DNA of 64,000 nucleotides from Myxococcaceae bacterium (GTDB lineage Bacteria; Myxococcota; Myxococcia; Myxococcales; Myxococcaceae): NCBI GenBank assembly GCA_044223505.1, contig JBGALX010000012.1, positions 154,174 to 218,173 of the forward strand, read 5' to 3'. Shown piece by piece: positions 23,292 to 31,659 of this stretch (position 1 is its first letter; each line of letters starts with the position of its first letter). The notes under the pieces were generated by a model. It saw only the letters and a program-made list of their open reading frames with translations, ran no database searches and was not told where the DNA came from. The position numbers and the translations under genes were made by a program.

Positions 23292-24062
23292 ATGCTCGGT
23301 CTCGCCCTCACTGCGCTCGTCGCCGCCGCTCCGGCTGCCCCGGAGCTCAAGATCGCCGCGCCCGGCCTCGTCGTGAACGGCCTCGACGCCTCGCTCTCGG
23401 CGCCGCTGACCGATCAGCTCGCGAAGCCCTTCGCTCCGATTCGCGTCATCACGCCGCGCGACATCGCCGCGCTGCTCGGCCTCGACCGCCAGAAAGAGTT
23501 CCTCGGCTGCACCGGCGCCGGCGAGTGCATGGCCGAGCTCGGCAACGCGCTCGGCGTGCAGGGCGTGCTGCTCGGCGACGTCGTGAAGCTCGGCGGCACG
23601 ATTCAGCTCAACGCGCACATCATCGACCCCATCGGCGGCAAGCCGCTCGCCCAGGCGTCGGCGCGGGTGAACAACGACGACGAGCTGTTCGACGCCCTCA
23701 CGCGCCTCGGCCTCGAGCTGCGAGCGCAGTTCTACGCGTCGATGGGCGTCGAGGCTCCGCCCCAGCTCGTCGGAGTCGCGCCCACTGCGGCGAAGAGCAA
23801 GGGCACGCGCCGCTTCTTCCCCATTCCCGTCGCGCTCGGCGGCGCCTCGCTCATCACCGGCGTCGTCTTCCTCGCGCTCTCCGAGAGCTCGTACCAGCAG
23901 CTCACGCGCGGCACCCCCGGCATGTTCTCGCTGTCCTCCGCCGAGGTCATCGCGGGCACCGGCAGTACGTTTCAGACGGTCGGCGCCGTGCTCGTCAGCG
24001 TCGGAGTCGCCGCGCTCGTCGCCGGCGTCGCCCTGCTCCTCTTCGGGAGCCGCCCCGAATGA
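23292..24062 (+). CDS. Membrane-anchored periplasmic protein. Its N-terminal domain resembles the TolB-N/LpoB-like sensor module. It has a C-terminal TM helix.
   Basis: Signal peptide MLGLALTALVAAAPAAP. Motif IRVITPRDIAALLGLD...ECMAELGNALGVQGVLLGDVVKLGGTIQLNAHIID. Hydrophobic tail GAVLVSVGVAALVAGVALLLFG. Confidence 0.55.
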   Translation: MLGLALTALVAAAPAAPELKIAAPGLVVNGLDASLSAPLTDQLAKPFAPIRVITPRDIAALLGLDRQKEFLGCTGAGECMAELGNALGVQGVLLGDVVKLGGTIQLNAHIIDPIGGKPLAQASARVNNDDELFDALTRLGLELRAQFYASMGVEAPPQLVGVAPTAAKSKGTRRFFPIPVALGGASLITGVVFLALSESSYQQLTRGTPGMFSLSSAEVIAGTGSTFQTVGAVLVSVGVAALVAGVALLLFGSRPE

Positions 24063-25411
24063 CGCGCCGCTCGCTCACGGCCGCGCTGCTCGTCTTCGCG
24101 GCCTGTCACGACTTTCAGGGCGCGCTCGGTGAGTGCCTCGACGCCGGCATCTGCGTGCCCGACGGCACCAGCGGCGGCAGCTCGAACGCCGGCGGCACCG
24201 GCGGCGGCAGCTCGAGCGCAGGCGGAGTCGGCGGTGGCGGCTCCGCGATGGCCGGCGGCGCTGCGATGGCCGGCGGTTCTGCGACGGCAGGCGGCGGCAG
24301 CGGCACCGCAGGCGGCACCGGCACCGCAGGCGGAGGCAGCGGCACCGCGGGCGGCGGCACTGGCACCGCGGGCGGCGGCACCGGCACCGCGGGCGGCTTC
24401 GTCACCGACGGCGGCTACGCGATTCGGCTGCTGCAGTCGACGTTGAGCGCGGCGCCGGGCACGGTGGCGGTCGGCTACATCGAGGTGTCGCGGCCGACGT
24501 TCAACTTCGACGGGCTGGAGCTGTTCCTCCTGTCGGCCGACGGCGGCCCTGCGGGGGCGCAGGGCATCTTCACGTCGAACAACTTCGCGCTCGACGAGTC
24601 CGAGCTCATGATCACGGTGCCGTTTCCTGGCGACGGAGGCTCGCTCGCGCTGAGCGTCGCGCTCTACCAGGCGGCCGGCGGCGCGTACCTCGCCGAGGTG
24701 CCGTTCACGCTCGTCCCGCGGGCGCCCGCGGGGCTGCTCGTCGTCGACGACGACGCTGTCGGCGGAAACCAGGGCGGCCCGCTCACCAGCCCCGAAGACC
24801 GCGCCTACTTCGACGCGCTGAACCAACGCGGCATCGCGTTCGACCGCCTCGTGATGCCGTACGTCGAGAGCGACGGCGGCCAGACGCCTCAGGAGCTCGT
24901 CGACCGGTACAACCAGCTCATCTGGTACTGCGGCGACACGTGGGCCGGCTGGGCCGCCTTTCCGCTCGACCAGGAGGCCGTCGTCTCGACCTGGCTGAAC
25001 CGCGGCGGCAAGAAGCTCGTGCTCTCGGCGAGCGCGTACATGTACCGCTTCACCGAGTCGTGGGCGTCGCTCAACGACCCGTTCGCGAACCAGCAGCTCG
25101 GCGTCGTCGGCTTCGACTACCGCGAAGACTCGACGCAGCACACGTTCGCGGGCCCCGGCTTCAACGTCGGCTACGGCCTCGGCACGTTCTCGAACGACGT
25201 GACGTACGTGAACCCCGGCGCCGGCACGACGGTGCTGTTCAGCGAGTCGGTGCCCGACTCGGGCCTGCCGGTCGCGACGCGTCACGTGAACGGCGCCGGC
25301 TCGACGGTCGTGTTCGTCGGCTTCGGGGTCGACGAGATTCGCCCGCCCGACGCCGGCGGCAAGCAGCGCGACGTCGTGCGCGCCCTGCTCGACGCGAGCG
25401 GGATTCAGTAA
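24059..25411 (+). CDS. Lipoprotein with a Gly-rich linker and a conserved C-terminal domain of unknown function.
   Basis: ATG overlaps the upstream TGA (ATGA). Lipobox LLVFAAC. GGTGTAGG repeats. Confidence 0.65.
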   Translation: MTRRSLTAALLVFAACHDFQGALGECLDAGICVPDGTSGGSSNAGGTGGGSSSAGGVGGGGSAMAGGAAMAGGSATAGGGSGTAGGTGTAGGGSGTAGGGTGTAGGGTGTAGGFVTDGGYAIRLLQSTLSAAPGTVAVGYIEVSRPTFNFDGLELFLLSADGGPAGAQGIFTSNNFALDESELMITVPFPGDGGSLALSVALYQAAGGAYLAEVPFTLVPRAPAGLLVVDDDAVGGNQGGPLTSPEDRAYFDALNQRGIAFDRLVMPYVESDGGQTPQELVDRYNQLIWYCGDTWAGWAAFPLDQEAVVSTWLNRGGKKLVLSASAYMYRFTESWASLNDPFANQQLGVVGFDYREDSTQHTFAGPGFNVGYGLGTFSNDVTYVNPGAGTTVLFSESVPDSGLPVATRHVNGAGSTVVFVGFGVDEIRPPDAGGKQRDVVRALLDASGIQ

Positions 25412-25420
25412 GACGAGCCG

Positions 25421-26215
25421 ATGGACTTCCCCACCGCCTCGACCGCGCGCCGCGTAGGCGACGGCCAGTACGTGCACGCGGTGCCCGACGGTTGGCAGCA
25501 GGGGCCGGGTGCGTTCGGCGGCCTCGTGCTCGGGCTGATGGCGCGCACGGCGATCGACTTCGCCGCCGACGCGTCACGGCCGCTCCGCACGCTCTCGGGC
25601 GCCGTGCTCGCGCCGGTGCTCGTCGGCGACGCTCGCCTCACCGCGCGCACGCTGCGTCAGGGCAGCAAGCTCACCGCGGTGAACGTGCAGCTCGAGCAGC
25701 AGGGCCAGCTCGAGGCGACCGCCGACGTCGTGCTCGCCGCCTCGCGCGTCAGCGATGGCGACTGGCAGACCGCTCCGGCGCCGTCGCTGCCCGCGTGGCG
25801 AGGCGTCGACGTGCTCGAGGTCGAGCCGCCGTTCGGGCCGGTGTTCGCAAAGGGCTTCGAGTACCGGCCGGTGCCGCCGCTGCCGTTCTCGGGAGCGGCC
25901 GACCGCGCGGGGCTCGGCTGGGTTCGTTCGCGCGCGCCCGGCCCGCGCTGTGACGCGGCGCTCGTGGTGGCGCTCATCGACGCGTGGTGGCCCGCGCCGT
26001 TCTCGGCGCTCGAGGGCCCCAGGCCGATGTCGACGGTCGCGTTCACGTTTCAGCTGTTCATCGACCCGAGCACGCTCGACCCGAACGAGCCGCTGGTGTA
26101 CCGCGCGTCGAGCCCGTTCGCGGTGGGCGGCTACACGCTCGAGCTGCGCGAGCTGTGGACGGCCGACGGCCGGGCGGTGGCGCAGAACCAACAGACGTTC
26201 GTGATGATCAAGTAG
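25421..26215 (+). CDS. Thioesterase-superfamily protein (acyl-CoA thioesterase-like, double hotdog).
   Basis: 264 aa. Resembles TesB-like thioesterases (GAFGGLVLGLMARTA...). Confidence 0.65.
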   Translation: MDFPTASTARRVGDGQYVHAVPDGWQQGPGAFGGLVLGLMARTAIDFAADASRPLRTLSGAVLAPVLVGDARLTARTLRQGSKLTAVNVQLEQQGQLEATADVVLAASRVSDGDWQTAPAPSLPAWRGVDVLEVEPPFGPVFAKGFEYRPVPPLPFSGAADRAGLGWVRSRAPGPRCDAALVVALIDAWWPAPFSALEGPRPMSTVAFTFQLFIDPSTLDPNEPLVYRASSPFAVGGYTLELRELWTADGRAVAQNQQTFVMIK

Positions 26216-26224
26216 GGCGCGGCT

Positions 26225-26300
26225 CTGTACCGCGGCTCACCTGAATTGAACGCACGGTGCGTGCCACGCCGCATTCAACTCAGGCGAGCGGCGGGTCTAG
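26225..26300 (-). ncRNA. Conserved stop-adjacent 3'-flank element. It forms a strand-specific 18-bp stem and is a candidate terminator or structured 3' UTR. A second copy lies at 33219.
   Basis: Blocks shared with 33219..33276: ccgcggctcacc, ttgaacgca, ggtgcg, ggcgagcggcgggtctag. The stem GCUCGCCUGAGUUGAAUG / CGUUCAAUUCAGGUGAGC contains three G·U pairs on the minus transcript. On the plus strand those positions are A·C mismatches. Confidence 0.45.
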
Positions 26301-27787
26301 AACCGCTCGTCGGCGTCGCCCGGCCCGGTCGGCGGCAGCGGCGGCGGCACCTGGGCGGCCGGCTGCGGCGGAGTCGCCGGCAGAATCGCCGAGAAGCGCG
26401 AGCCCTTGCCCATCTCGCTCGTGACGCGCACGACGCCGCCGTGACCTTCGACGAACGACTTCACGATCGAGAGGCCCAGGCCCGCGCCGCCGAACTCGCG
26501 CGTGCTCGACGAGTCGACCTGGTAGAACGACTGGAAGATCTTGTCGAACTGATCAGACGGAATTCCCACGCCCGAGTCTTCGACGATGATCCGGTAGCCC
26601 TCGCCGTTCAGCTCGGGCTGCGGAGCGATCTCGGACAAGAACGCCGTCACCTTGCCGCCCTTGCCGGTGAACTTCACCGCGTTCGCGAGCAGGTTCACCA
26701 CCACCTGCCGCAGCCGGTCTTTGTCGGCGAACGCGCGCACCTTCAGACCGTCGGGGATCTTCGCCTCGACCACGACGCCCTTCTTCGCGGCCTGCGGCTT
26801 CACCGACGAGATGCTCGACTGCACCACCTCTGAGATCTCGACCGGCTCGAACGCCAGCCGCACCTTGCCCGCTTCGATCTGCGAGATGTCGAGAATCGAC
26901 GAGATCAGCTTCAGCAGCGTCTCGCCCTTCTCCATGATGGTGCGGACGTAGTCGACCTGCTCCTGGTTCATCGGCCCGGCCAGGCCCTCGGCGAGCATCT
27001 CGCTGTACCCGATGATCGAGGTCAGCGGCGTGCGCAGCTCGTGGCTCACCGTCGCGAGGAACGCCGACTTGAGCCGGTCGAGCTCCTTCAGCTTCGTGTT
27101 CATCGCCTCGAGCTGGTGGTTGCGCGACTCGAGCTCGCGGTTCGACTCGAGCGTCGCCTCGACGTGCATCTGCGACGTCAGGAACATCTTCTGGCCCGAC
27201 GCCACCATCGTGTCGAACAGCGTCGCGAAGTGCAGAATCACCTTCACGACCGCCGACTCGGGAGCCCGCCGGACCTTCTCGACCAGCGCCTGCGCGTTCG
27301 TGACGTCGAGCCCCGTCGAGATGTCGAGCAGCGACTGGGGGAAGTCCTTCATGTCTTCGGGCAGAAACGGCCCGAACACGATGCGGCCCATCGGGTCGCC
27401 TTCCCAGTTCACCGGCATGATGAGGTACCGCAGCCCCGTGAAGCACGGCACCGTCACCATGCCCCGCGCCTTCGGAGCGTCATCGTCGGTCAGCACCGGC
27501 AGCCGCGCGCCGTGCGTCGTCGCGATCGGCCCGTCTTTCACGCGCGCCACCGTCGCCGTGCAGCGCGAGCGGCCCTCGGCGAACGAGAAGACGTAGCCGC
27601 AGAAGTCGCCGTTGCCGATCTTGATGTCTGCGAGCTTGCTGCCCCGCTCGTCGAAGACCTTGATGCCGACGCGGTACAGCTCGACGAAGTTCTTCACCAC
27701 CTCGGTGAAGCCCGGCACGTCGAGCATCTCCGACAGCGACAGCCGCCGCTGGAGAATCGAGATGCCCCGTGGCGGAGTCTGCGCCAT
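26297..27787 (-). CDS. Sensor histidine kinase with an uncharacterised ~200-aa N-terminal cytoplasmic sensor domain.
   Basis: H-box FLATVSHELRTPL. N/G boxes VVNLLANAVKFT, EDSGVGIP, GGAGLGLSIV. ATG overlaps the TAA of the upstream GTPase gene by 1 nt. Confidence 0.85.
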   Translation of the reverse strand: MAQTPPRGISILQRRLSLSEMLDVPGFTEVVKNFVELYRVGIKVFDERGSKLADIKIGNGDFCGYVFSFAEGRSRCTATVARVKDGPIATTHGARLPVLTDDDAPKARGMVTVPCFTGLRYLIMPVNWEGDPMGRIVFGPFLPEDMKDFPQSLLDISTGLDVTNAQALVEKVRRAPESAVVKVILHFATLFDTMVASGQKMFLTSQMHVEATLESNRELESRNHQLEAMNTKLKELDRLKSAFLATVSHELRTPLTSIIGYSEMLAEGLAGPMNQEQVDYVRTIMEKGETLLKLISSILDISQIEAGKVRLAFEPVEISEVVQSSISSVKPQAAKKGVVVEAKIPDGLKVRAFADKDRLRQVVVNLLANAVKFTGKGGKVTAFLSEIAPQPELNGEGYRIIVEDSGVGIPSDQFDKIFQSFYQVDSSSTREFGGAGLGLSIVKSFVEGHGGVVRVTSEMGKGSRFSAILPATPPQPAAQVPPPLPPTGPGDADERF

Positions 27788-28530
27788 TACCGTGCGACCG
27801 CCTTCTTCGACGGGTAGTCGCGCTCGAGCTCGGTGCCGCTCGTGTCGACGTTCGCGAAGATCTGCGTGAGGAACTCTTTCTCGGTCAGGCCGATGTTCTT
27901 CGTCAGGTTCGCTCGCGCCTCGAGCGAGCGGTAGGCCACCTGCAGCACCGCGTGCAGCGTCTCGAGCACCCCGATGCCGCGCACCGCGATCGCGCCGATG
28001 ACGGGCTCCTTGCCCTTCTTGCGCGTCTCTTCGATCTCGGCGTCGCTCTTCGTGTCGGGCAGATCGCGCTTGTTGAACTGGATGACGAGCGGCACCTCGG
28101 CCGGGTCGAGCCCGTTCTCGCGCATGTTCTCGTACAGGTTCTTCCAGTACGCGTTGTTCTCGGGCCCTGCTGATCGGCGGCTGTCGGCGATGAACGCCAC
28201 GGCGTCAGCGCCCTGCAAGACGATGCGCCGGGTCGCGTTGTGGATCACCTGCCCCGGCACCGTGAACAGCTTCACCTTCACTTTGAAGCCAGACGACGTC
28301 GAAAAGAAGACGGGCAGCAGGTCGAAGAAGAGCGTGCGGTCGTCGTGCGTCTCGACGGTGAGCAGCCGACCCCGAACGTCCGGGCTCGTGCGCTGATGCA
28401 CCATCTGGAGGTTCGTCGTTTTCCCAGAGAGGCCCGGCCCGTAGTAGACGATCTTGACCGTCAGCTCTCGCTGAGCGTGGTTCAGTTGCACGGCTCCGAA
28501 TTTGCCCCACAACGCTGCGTCCGTCAGCAA
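27787..28530 (-). CDS. MglA-family small Ras-like GTPase of 247 aa, with N- and C-terminal extensions.
   Basis: KIVYYGPGLSGKTTNL (G1), DRTLFFDLLP (switch I), TVPGQ (G3), NKRD (G4). These align closely with M. xanthus MglA as recalled. Confidence 0.85.
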   Translation of the reverse strand: MLTDAALWGKFGAVQLNHAQRELTVKIVYYGPGLSGKTTNLQMVHQRTSPDVRGRLLTVETHDDRTLFFDLLPVFFSTSSGFKVKVKLFTVPGQVIHNATRRIVLQGADAVAFIADSRRSAGPENNAYWKNLYENMRENGLDPAEVPLVIQFNKRDLPDTKSDAEIEETRKKGKEPVIGAIAVRGIGVLETLHAVLQVAYRSLEARANLTKNIGLTEKEFLTQIFANVDTSGTELERDYPSKKAVAR

Positions 28531-28642
28531 ACGCGTCGGTCTGTGCGCGCAGGTAGGTGTGGGAACAGGAACACACGTGCGAACTGTTCGTAACGGTGAT
28601 TAGGATCAGCTCCGTGGGCCGCAACGTGGAGGAGGTTTCGCT

Positions 28643-29176
28643 TTGACGACGAACAAGCAGATGGAGCCCGGCAGCACGACCCCGTCTGTACCGCCGGCAT
28701 TCGACACGACCAGAGACTTCACCGGTCTCGTGAAGTTCAACGTCCCCACCGATGAAGAGATGCAGACGCTCGCTCATCTGCGCTCCTCGAGCGGCCCGTG
28801 GAAAGACCGCGGCGAGACCCCGGCCGAGTCGATGGAGGCGCTCACCAAGCTCCGCCCGTACATCTCGGTCGGCAAGGTCGACAACGTCGTCGTCGGCTAC
28901 GTCACCGTCGAGCGTGACGGCCCGGTGCCCGGCGCTTCGTACATGCGCAACATCGTCGTCAAGCACGAGCTGCGCAAGAAGGGCGTCGGTCGCCAGCTGC
29001 TCGATCAAGGCCTCAAGGTCGCGCGCGACATGAACCGCAAGACCGTCGCGCTCCGCGTCGACCCCGCGAACGCCTCGGCCGTCAGCTTCTACCGCGCCAA
29101 CGGCTTCACCACCGTCGCCACCGTGGTGAGCAAGAAGAGCGGCAAGCTCCGCCTGCTGATGTCGCGCGAGCTCTGA
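28643..29176 (+). CDS. GNAT-family N-acetyltransferase.
   Basis: Motifs VVGYVTVE...NIVVKHELRKKGVGRQLL...FYRANGF. RBS GGAGGAGG upstream of the TTG start. Confidence 0.8.
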   Translation: MTTNKQMEPGSTTPSVPPAFDTTRDFTGLVKFNVPTDEEMQTLAHLRSSSGPWKDRGETPAESMEALTKLRPYISVGKVDNVVVGYVTVERDGPVPGASYMRNIVVKHELRKKGVGRQLLDQGLKVARDMNRKTVALRVDPANASAVSFYRANGFTTVATVVSKKSGKLRLLMSREL

Positions 29177-29235
29177 AGCTCGTCGCATTCTTCGCGCTCG
29201 CGCTGGGCGTCACCTGGCTGCTCGACGCCCCGCTG

Positions 29236-29913
29236 GTGCTGGCGCACGCCGCAGGCACGGCTCCCTCACCGCTCGCCAGGCTCGGCGCAGGCCTCGGTGC
29301 GTGGGGCCCGGCCATCGCGATGCTGCTCGTCACGCGTGGCCGCGCCGGCCTTCGCTGGCGAACGAGCCCGCTGTGGATTCTCGCGGGGCTCTTCGTCACC
29401 CCCGCGCTGCACCTCGTCGCGACGCTCGTCGAGGTCGCGCTCGGCGGCACGCCCGCGCACTGGTTCTACCCGCCGGTTCAGCCCGAGCACGTCGCGGCGC
29501 TCGTCATGTTCTCGGTCGGCGAAGAGCTCGGCTGGCGCGGCTACGCCTACGGCCAGCTCGCCGAGCGCGCAGGCCCCGTCGTGGGCTCGCTCGTGCTCGG
29601 AGCGGTCTGGACGGTCTGGCACCTCGGCATGTGGCTCGCGGGCGGCCTGCCGTCGGCGAGCGCCATCGCGTTCGGCTTCGTCGAGCTGATGGCGGGCAGC
29701 GTCTTCATCGCGTGGTTCTTCGAGAAGAGCGGCCGCAGCATGCTCGTCGCGTTCGCGCTGCACGCGGGCGCGCACCTCGACAACGTGAACCGCGCACCCG
29801 ACGGCGAGCAGCGGCTGCGCGCGCTGCGCATGCTCGTCTACGTCGCGGCGGCGGTGGTTGCGGGCGTGACGCTAAAACGTGCCGGCGAAGCTCACGCCCG
29901 CGCCGCTGGGTAG
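29236..29913 (+). CDS. CPBP-family (CAAX/Abi) intramembrane metalloprotease.
   Basis: Motifs EELGWRGY, FALHAGAHLDN. The first canonical start is a GTG at 29236, but the upstream in-frame sequence FFALALGVTWLL looks like the first TM helix, so the true start may be a non-canonical codon near 29176. Confidence 0.7.
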   Translation: MLAHAAGTAPSPLARLGAGLGAWGPAIAMLLVTRGRAGLRWRTSPLWILAGLFVTPALHLVATLVEVALGGTPAHWFYPPVQPEHVAALVMFSVGEELGWRGYAYGQLAERAGPVVGSLVLGAVWTVWHLGMWLAGGLPSASAIAFGFVELMAGSVFIAWFFEKSGRSMLVAFALHAGAHLDNVNRAPDGEQRLRALRMLVYVAAAVVAGVTLKRAGEAHARAAG

Positions 29914-30561
29914 CAGCATCGGAGCGGCCGAGACGCGCTTGCCGCGCCTGAGCTCGCGCACCATGAGGAAGTGGCCGAGCTCGAGCACGCCGGCCGCCCC
30001 GACGGCGGCCACGGCGCCCGCGGCGAGCACCGGCGCGAACGTGGGCACGTTGCGCGGCTGAATGATGACGGCGCCGAAGAGGAAACCGATGAGGCCGATG
30101 GCCGCGCCGGCGCCGGCGCCCAGAAACGTCCACCCGAGGTTGCTCTTGCCGCCGAAGAGCCGGTGGCCGCCGAACGCTCCGGCGACGATGCCGCCGACGC
30201 CGAGCGCCGTCACGCCGAAGCCGGCGAGGAAGCAGTCTGCGCCTCCGCTGATGCCGCTGCGGCACTGGCCGACGAAGTGCCAGCCGACCGTCAGCGCGCC
30301 CGCGCCGAGCGCCGCGAAGCCGGTCGCGGCGAGAATGCGCACGCCCTTGCTCGGAGCGTCGGGCCCCTCGGGGTCTTCGACGCCGCCCTCGTAGCGCTCC
30401 TCGTCCGGGGGCGTGACGAGCGGGACGGGAGGCGGCTGGCCCTCGGCCGGCGGCATCGGCGGAGGCGTCAGCGCCTCGGGCTCGACCGCGGGTGGCGGAG
30501 GCGGCGGAGTCAGCGGAGCGTCCTGCCCGAGCAGCGTCATCACCACGAGCCATGCCGTCAT
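29872..30561 (-). CDS. Pro-rich, Gly-zipper membrane protein of unknown function.
   Basis: High GC3. N-terminal hydrophobic segment, then a Pro-rich stretch, then GxxxG-rich TM segments. Confidence 0.5.
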   Translation of the reverse strand: MTAWLVVMTLLGQDAPLTPPPPPPAVEPEALTPPPMPPAEGQPPPVPLVTPPDEERYEGGVEDPEGPDAPSKGVRILAATGFAALGAGALTVGWHFVGQCRSGISGGADCFLAGFGVTALGVGGIVAGAFGGHRLFGGKSNLGWTFLGAGAGAAIGLIGFLFGAVIIQPRNVPTFAPVLAAGAVAAVGAAGVLELGHFLMVRELRRGKRVSAAPMLLPSGAGVSFAGTF

Positions 30562-30666
30562 CGGCGCGTGAGGCTAGCCCAGCCGCAGATTCTTGAGGCG
30601 CCGCGCGCGCAACTGCACGACTCCCCGTGTCGGGAGGCTGGCCCCTCGCTTGCGAAGGGCCCCACC

Positions 30667-31605
30667 ATGAGGCTCTGGGCCTTCGTTCTCTTGTCGGGCT
30701 GCGCGGGTGAGACCGCCGGCGAGCTGCTCGCTCGCGGGAGCGCGCCGACCCAGGTGCTCGAGGCAGAGAAGGACTCCGGCGTCGTGGACTCGGGCGTCGT
30801 CGCGGATGCGGGCGTCGTCGCGGTGGACTCGGGCTTCGTCGTGGACTCGGGGGTGCCCGATGCGGGCTGCCTGCCCGAGCTGCCGCTCGTGGTGACGGTC
30901 GGGGCGCTCGGCCCGACGCGGCTCTACGCGTACGCGCAGCTGAACGGGCAAGACGTCGCGCTGCTCGTCGACACCGGCAGCCAGCACACGTTCCTCTCGA
31001 CCGACGGAGGCCCCGACGGGCGGCCGGCAGGCGCGATCGGGCTCGGCTGCGAGCAGCGCCAGGTCATCGGCCGGCCGTACCACGTCGACGAGGCGGTGGC
31101 GGCCGGCCGGCCCGTCGTCGGCACGCTCGGCGCCGACTGGTTCCTCGAGCGGCAGCGCGAGCTCGACCTGCCGGCGCGCGTGATTCGAACGACGTCGACG
31201 CCGGTGCCGCAGGGCTGGGAGCGGCTCGCGTTCGACGACATCGTCGGGTACCTCTTCGTGCGCGTGCGGCTCGACAGCGTCGACGTGCGCCTCGGCTTCG
31301 ACACCGGGGCCGCGCACACGCTGTGGCTGCGCCAGCAGGGCCAGGCGGGAGACCAGCCCGTCTCGACGCAGGACGCGTACGGGAACCCGCTCACGCTGTG
31401 GCTCGGCACTGCGACGCTGATCGCGCCGATGACGCCGGCGCGGAGCATCTCGGTGCTGCGCGCGCCGTCGTTTCCCTCGCTCGAAGACGCGAACCGCCAG
31501 CTCGGCGTCGGAGACATTCACGGCCTGTTCGGTCTCTCGGCGATGGGGAACCGCAAGCTCCGCATCGACGCCGCGAGCTCGAGCATCTGGTTCGGGCCGC
31601 CGTGA
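30667..31605 (+). CDS. Lipoprotein retropepsin-like (clan AA) aspartic protease with two DTG lobes.
   Basis: Lipobox LLSGCAG. LLVDTGSQHTFL and LGFDTGAAHTLWL. The 230-aa N-terminal extension on the ORF track is not supported. Confidence 0.7.
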   Translation: MRLWAFVLLSGCAGETAGELLARGSAPTQVLEAEKDSGVVDSGVVADAGVVAVDSGFVVDSGVPDAGCLPELPLVVTVGALGPTRLYAYAQLNGQDVALLVDTGSQHTFLSTDGGPDGRPAGAIGLGCEQRQVIGRPYHVDEAVAAGRPVVGTLGADWFLERQRELDLPARVIRTTSTPVPQGWERLAFDDIVGYLFVRVRLDSVDVRLGFDTGAAHTLWLRQQGQAGDQPVSTQDAYGNPLTLWLGTATLIAPMTPARSISVLRAPSFPSLEDANRQLGVGDIHGLFGLSAMGNRKLRIDAASSSIWFGPP

Positions 31606-31617
31606 GCCGAGGCGCCC

Positions 31618-31657
31618 AGTACGACAACCCGGCACGAACCTCCGGGTCGTCGTACTG
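31618..31657. terminator. Bidirectional hairpin between convergent genes.
   Basis: CAGTACGAC-aa-CCCGG-cacgaacct-CCGGG-t-GTCGTACTG. Confidence 0.55.
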
Positions 31658-31659
31658 AG

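Noticed and set aside
26250-26275. Sigma-54-like motif TGGCACG-N4-GTGC on the minus strand inside element A.
   Set aside because: The -12 box deviates (GTGC, not TTGC). It would drive antisense transcription into the thioesterase gene, and no downstream gene fits.
29971-30666. 230-aa N-terminal extension of the aspartyl-protease ORF, and similar long upstream extensions at 23261, 21849, 46212, 36114 and 47357..49903.
   Set aside because: The extensions are Arg-rich and overlap other genes. An internal start followed by a signal peptide gives the coherent protein in each case.
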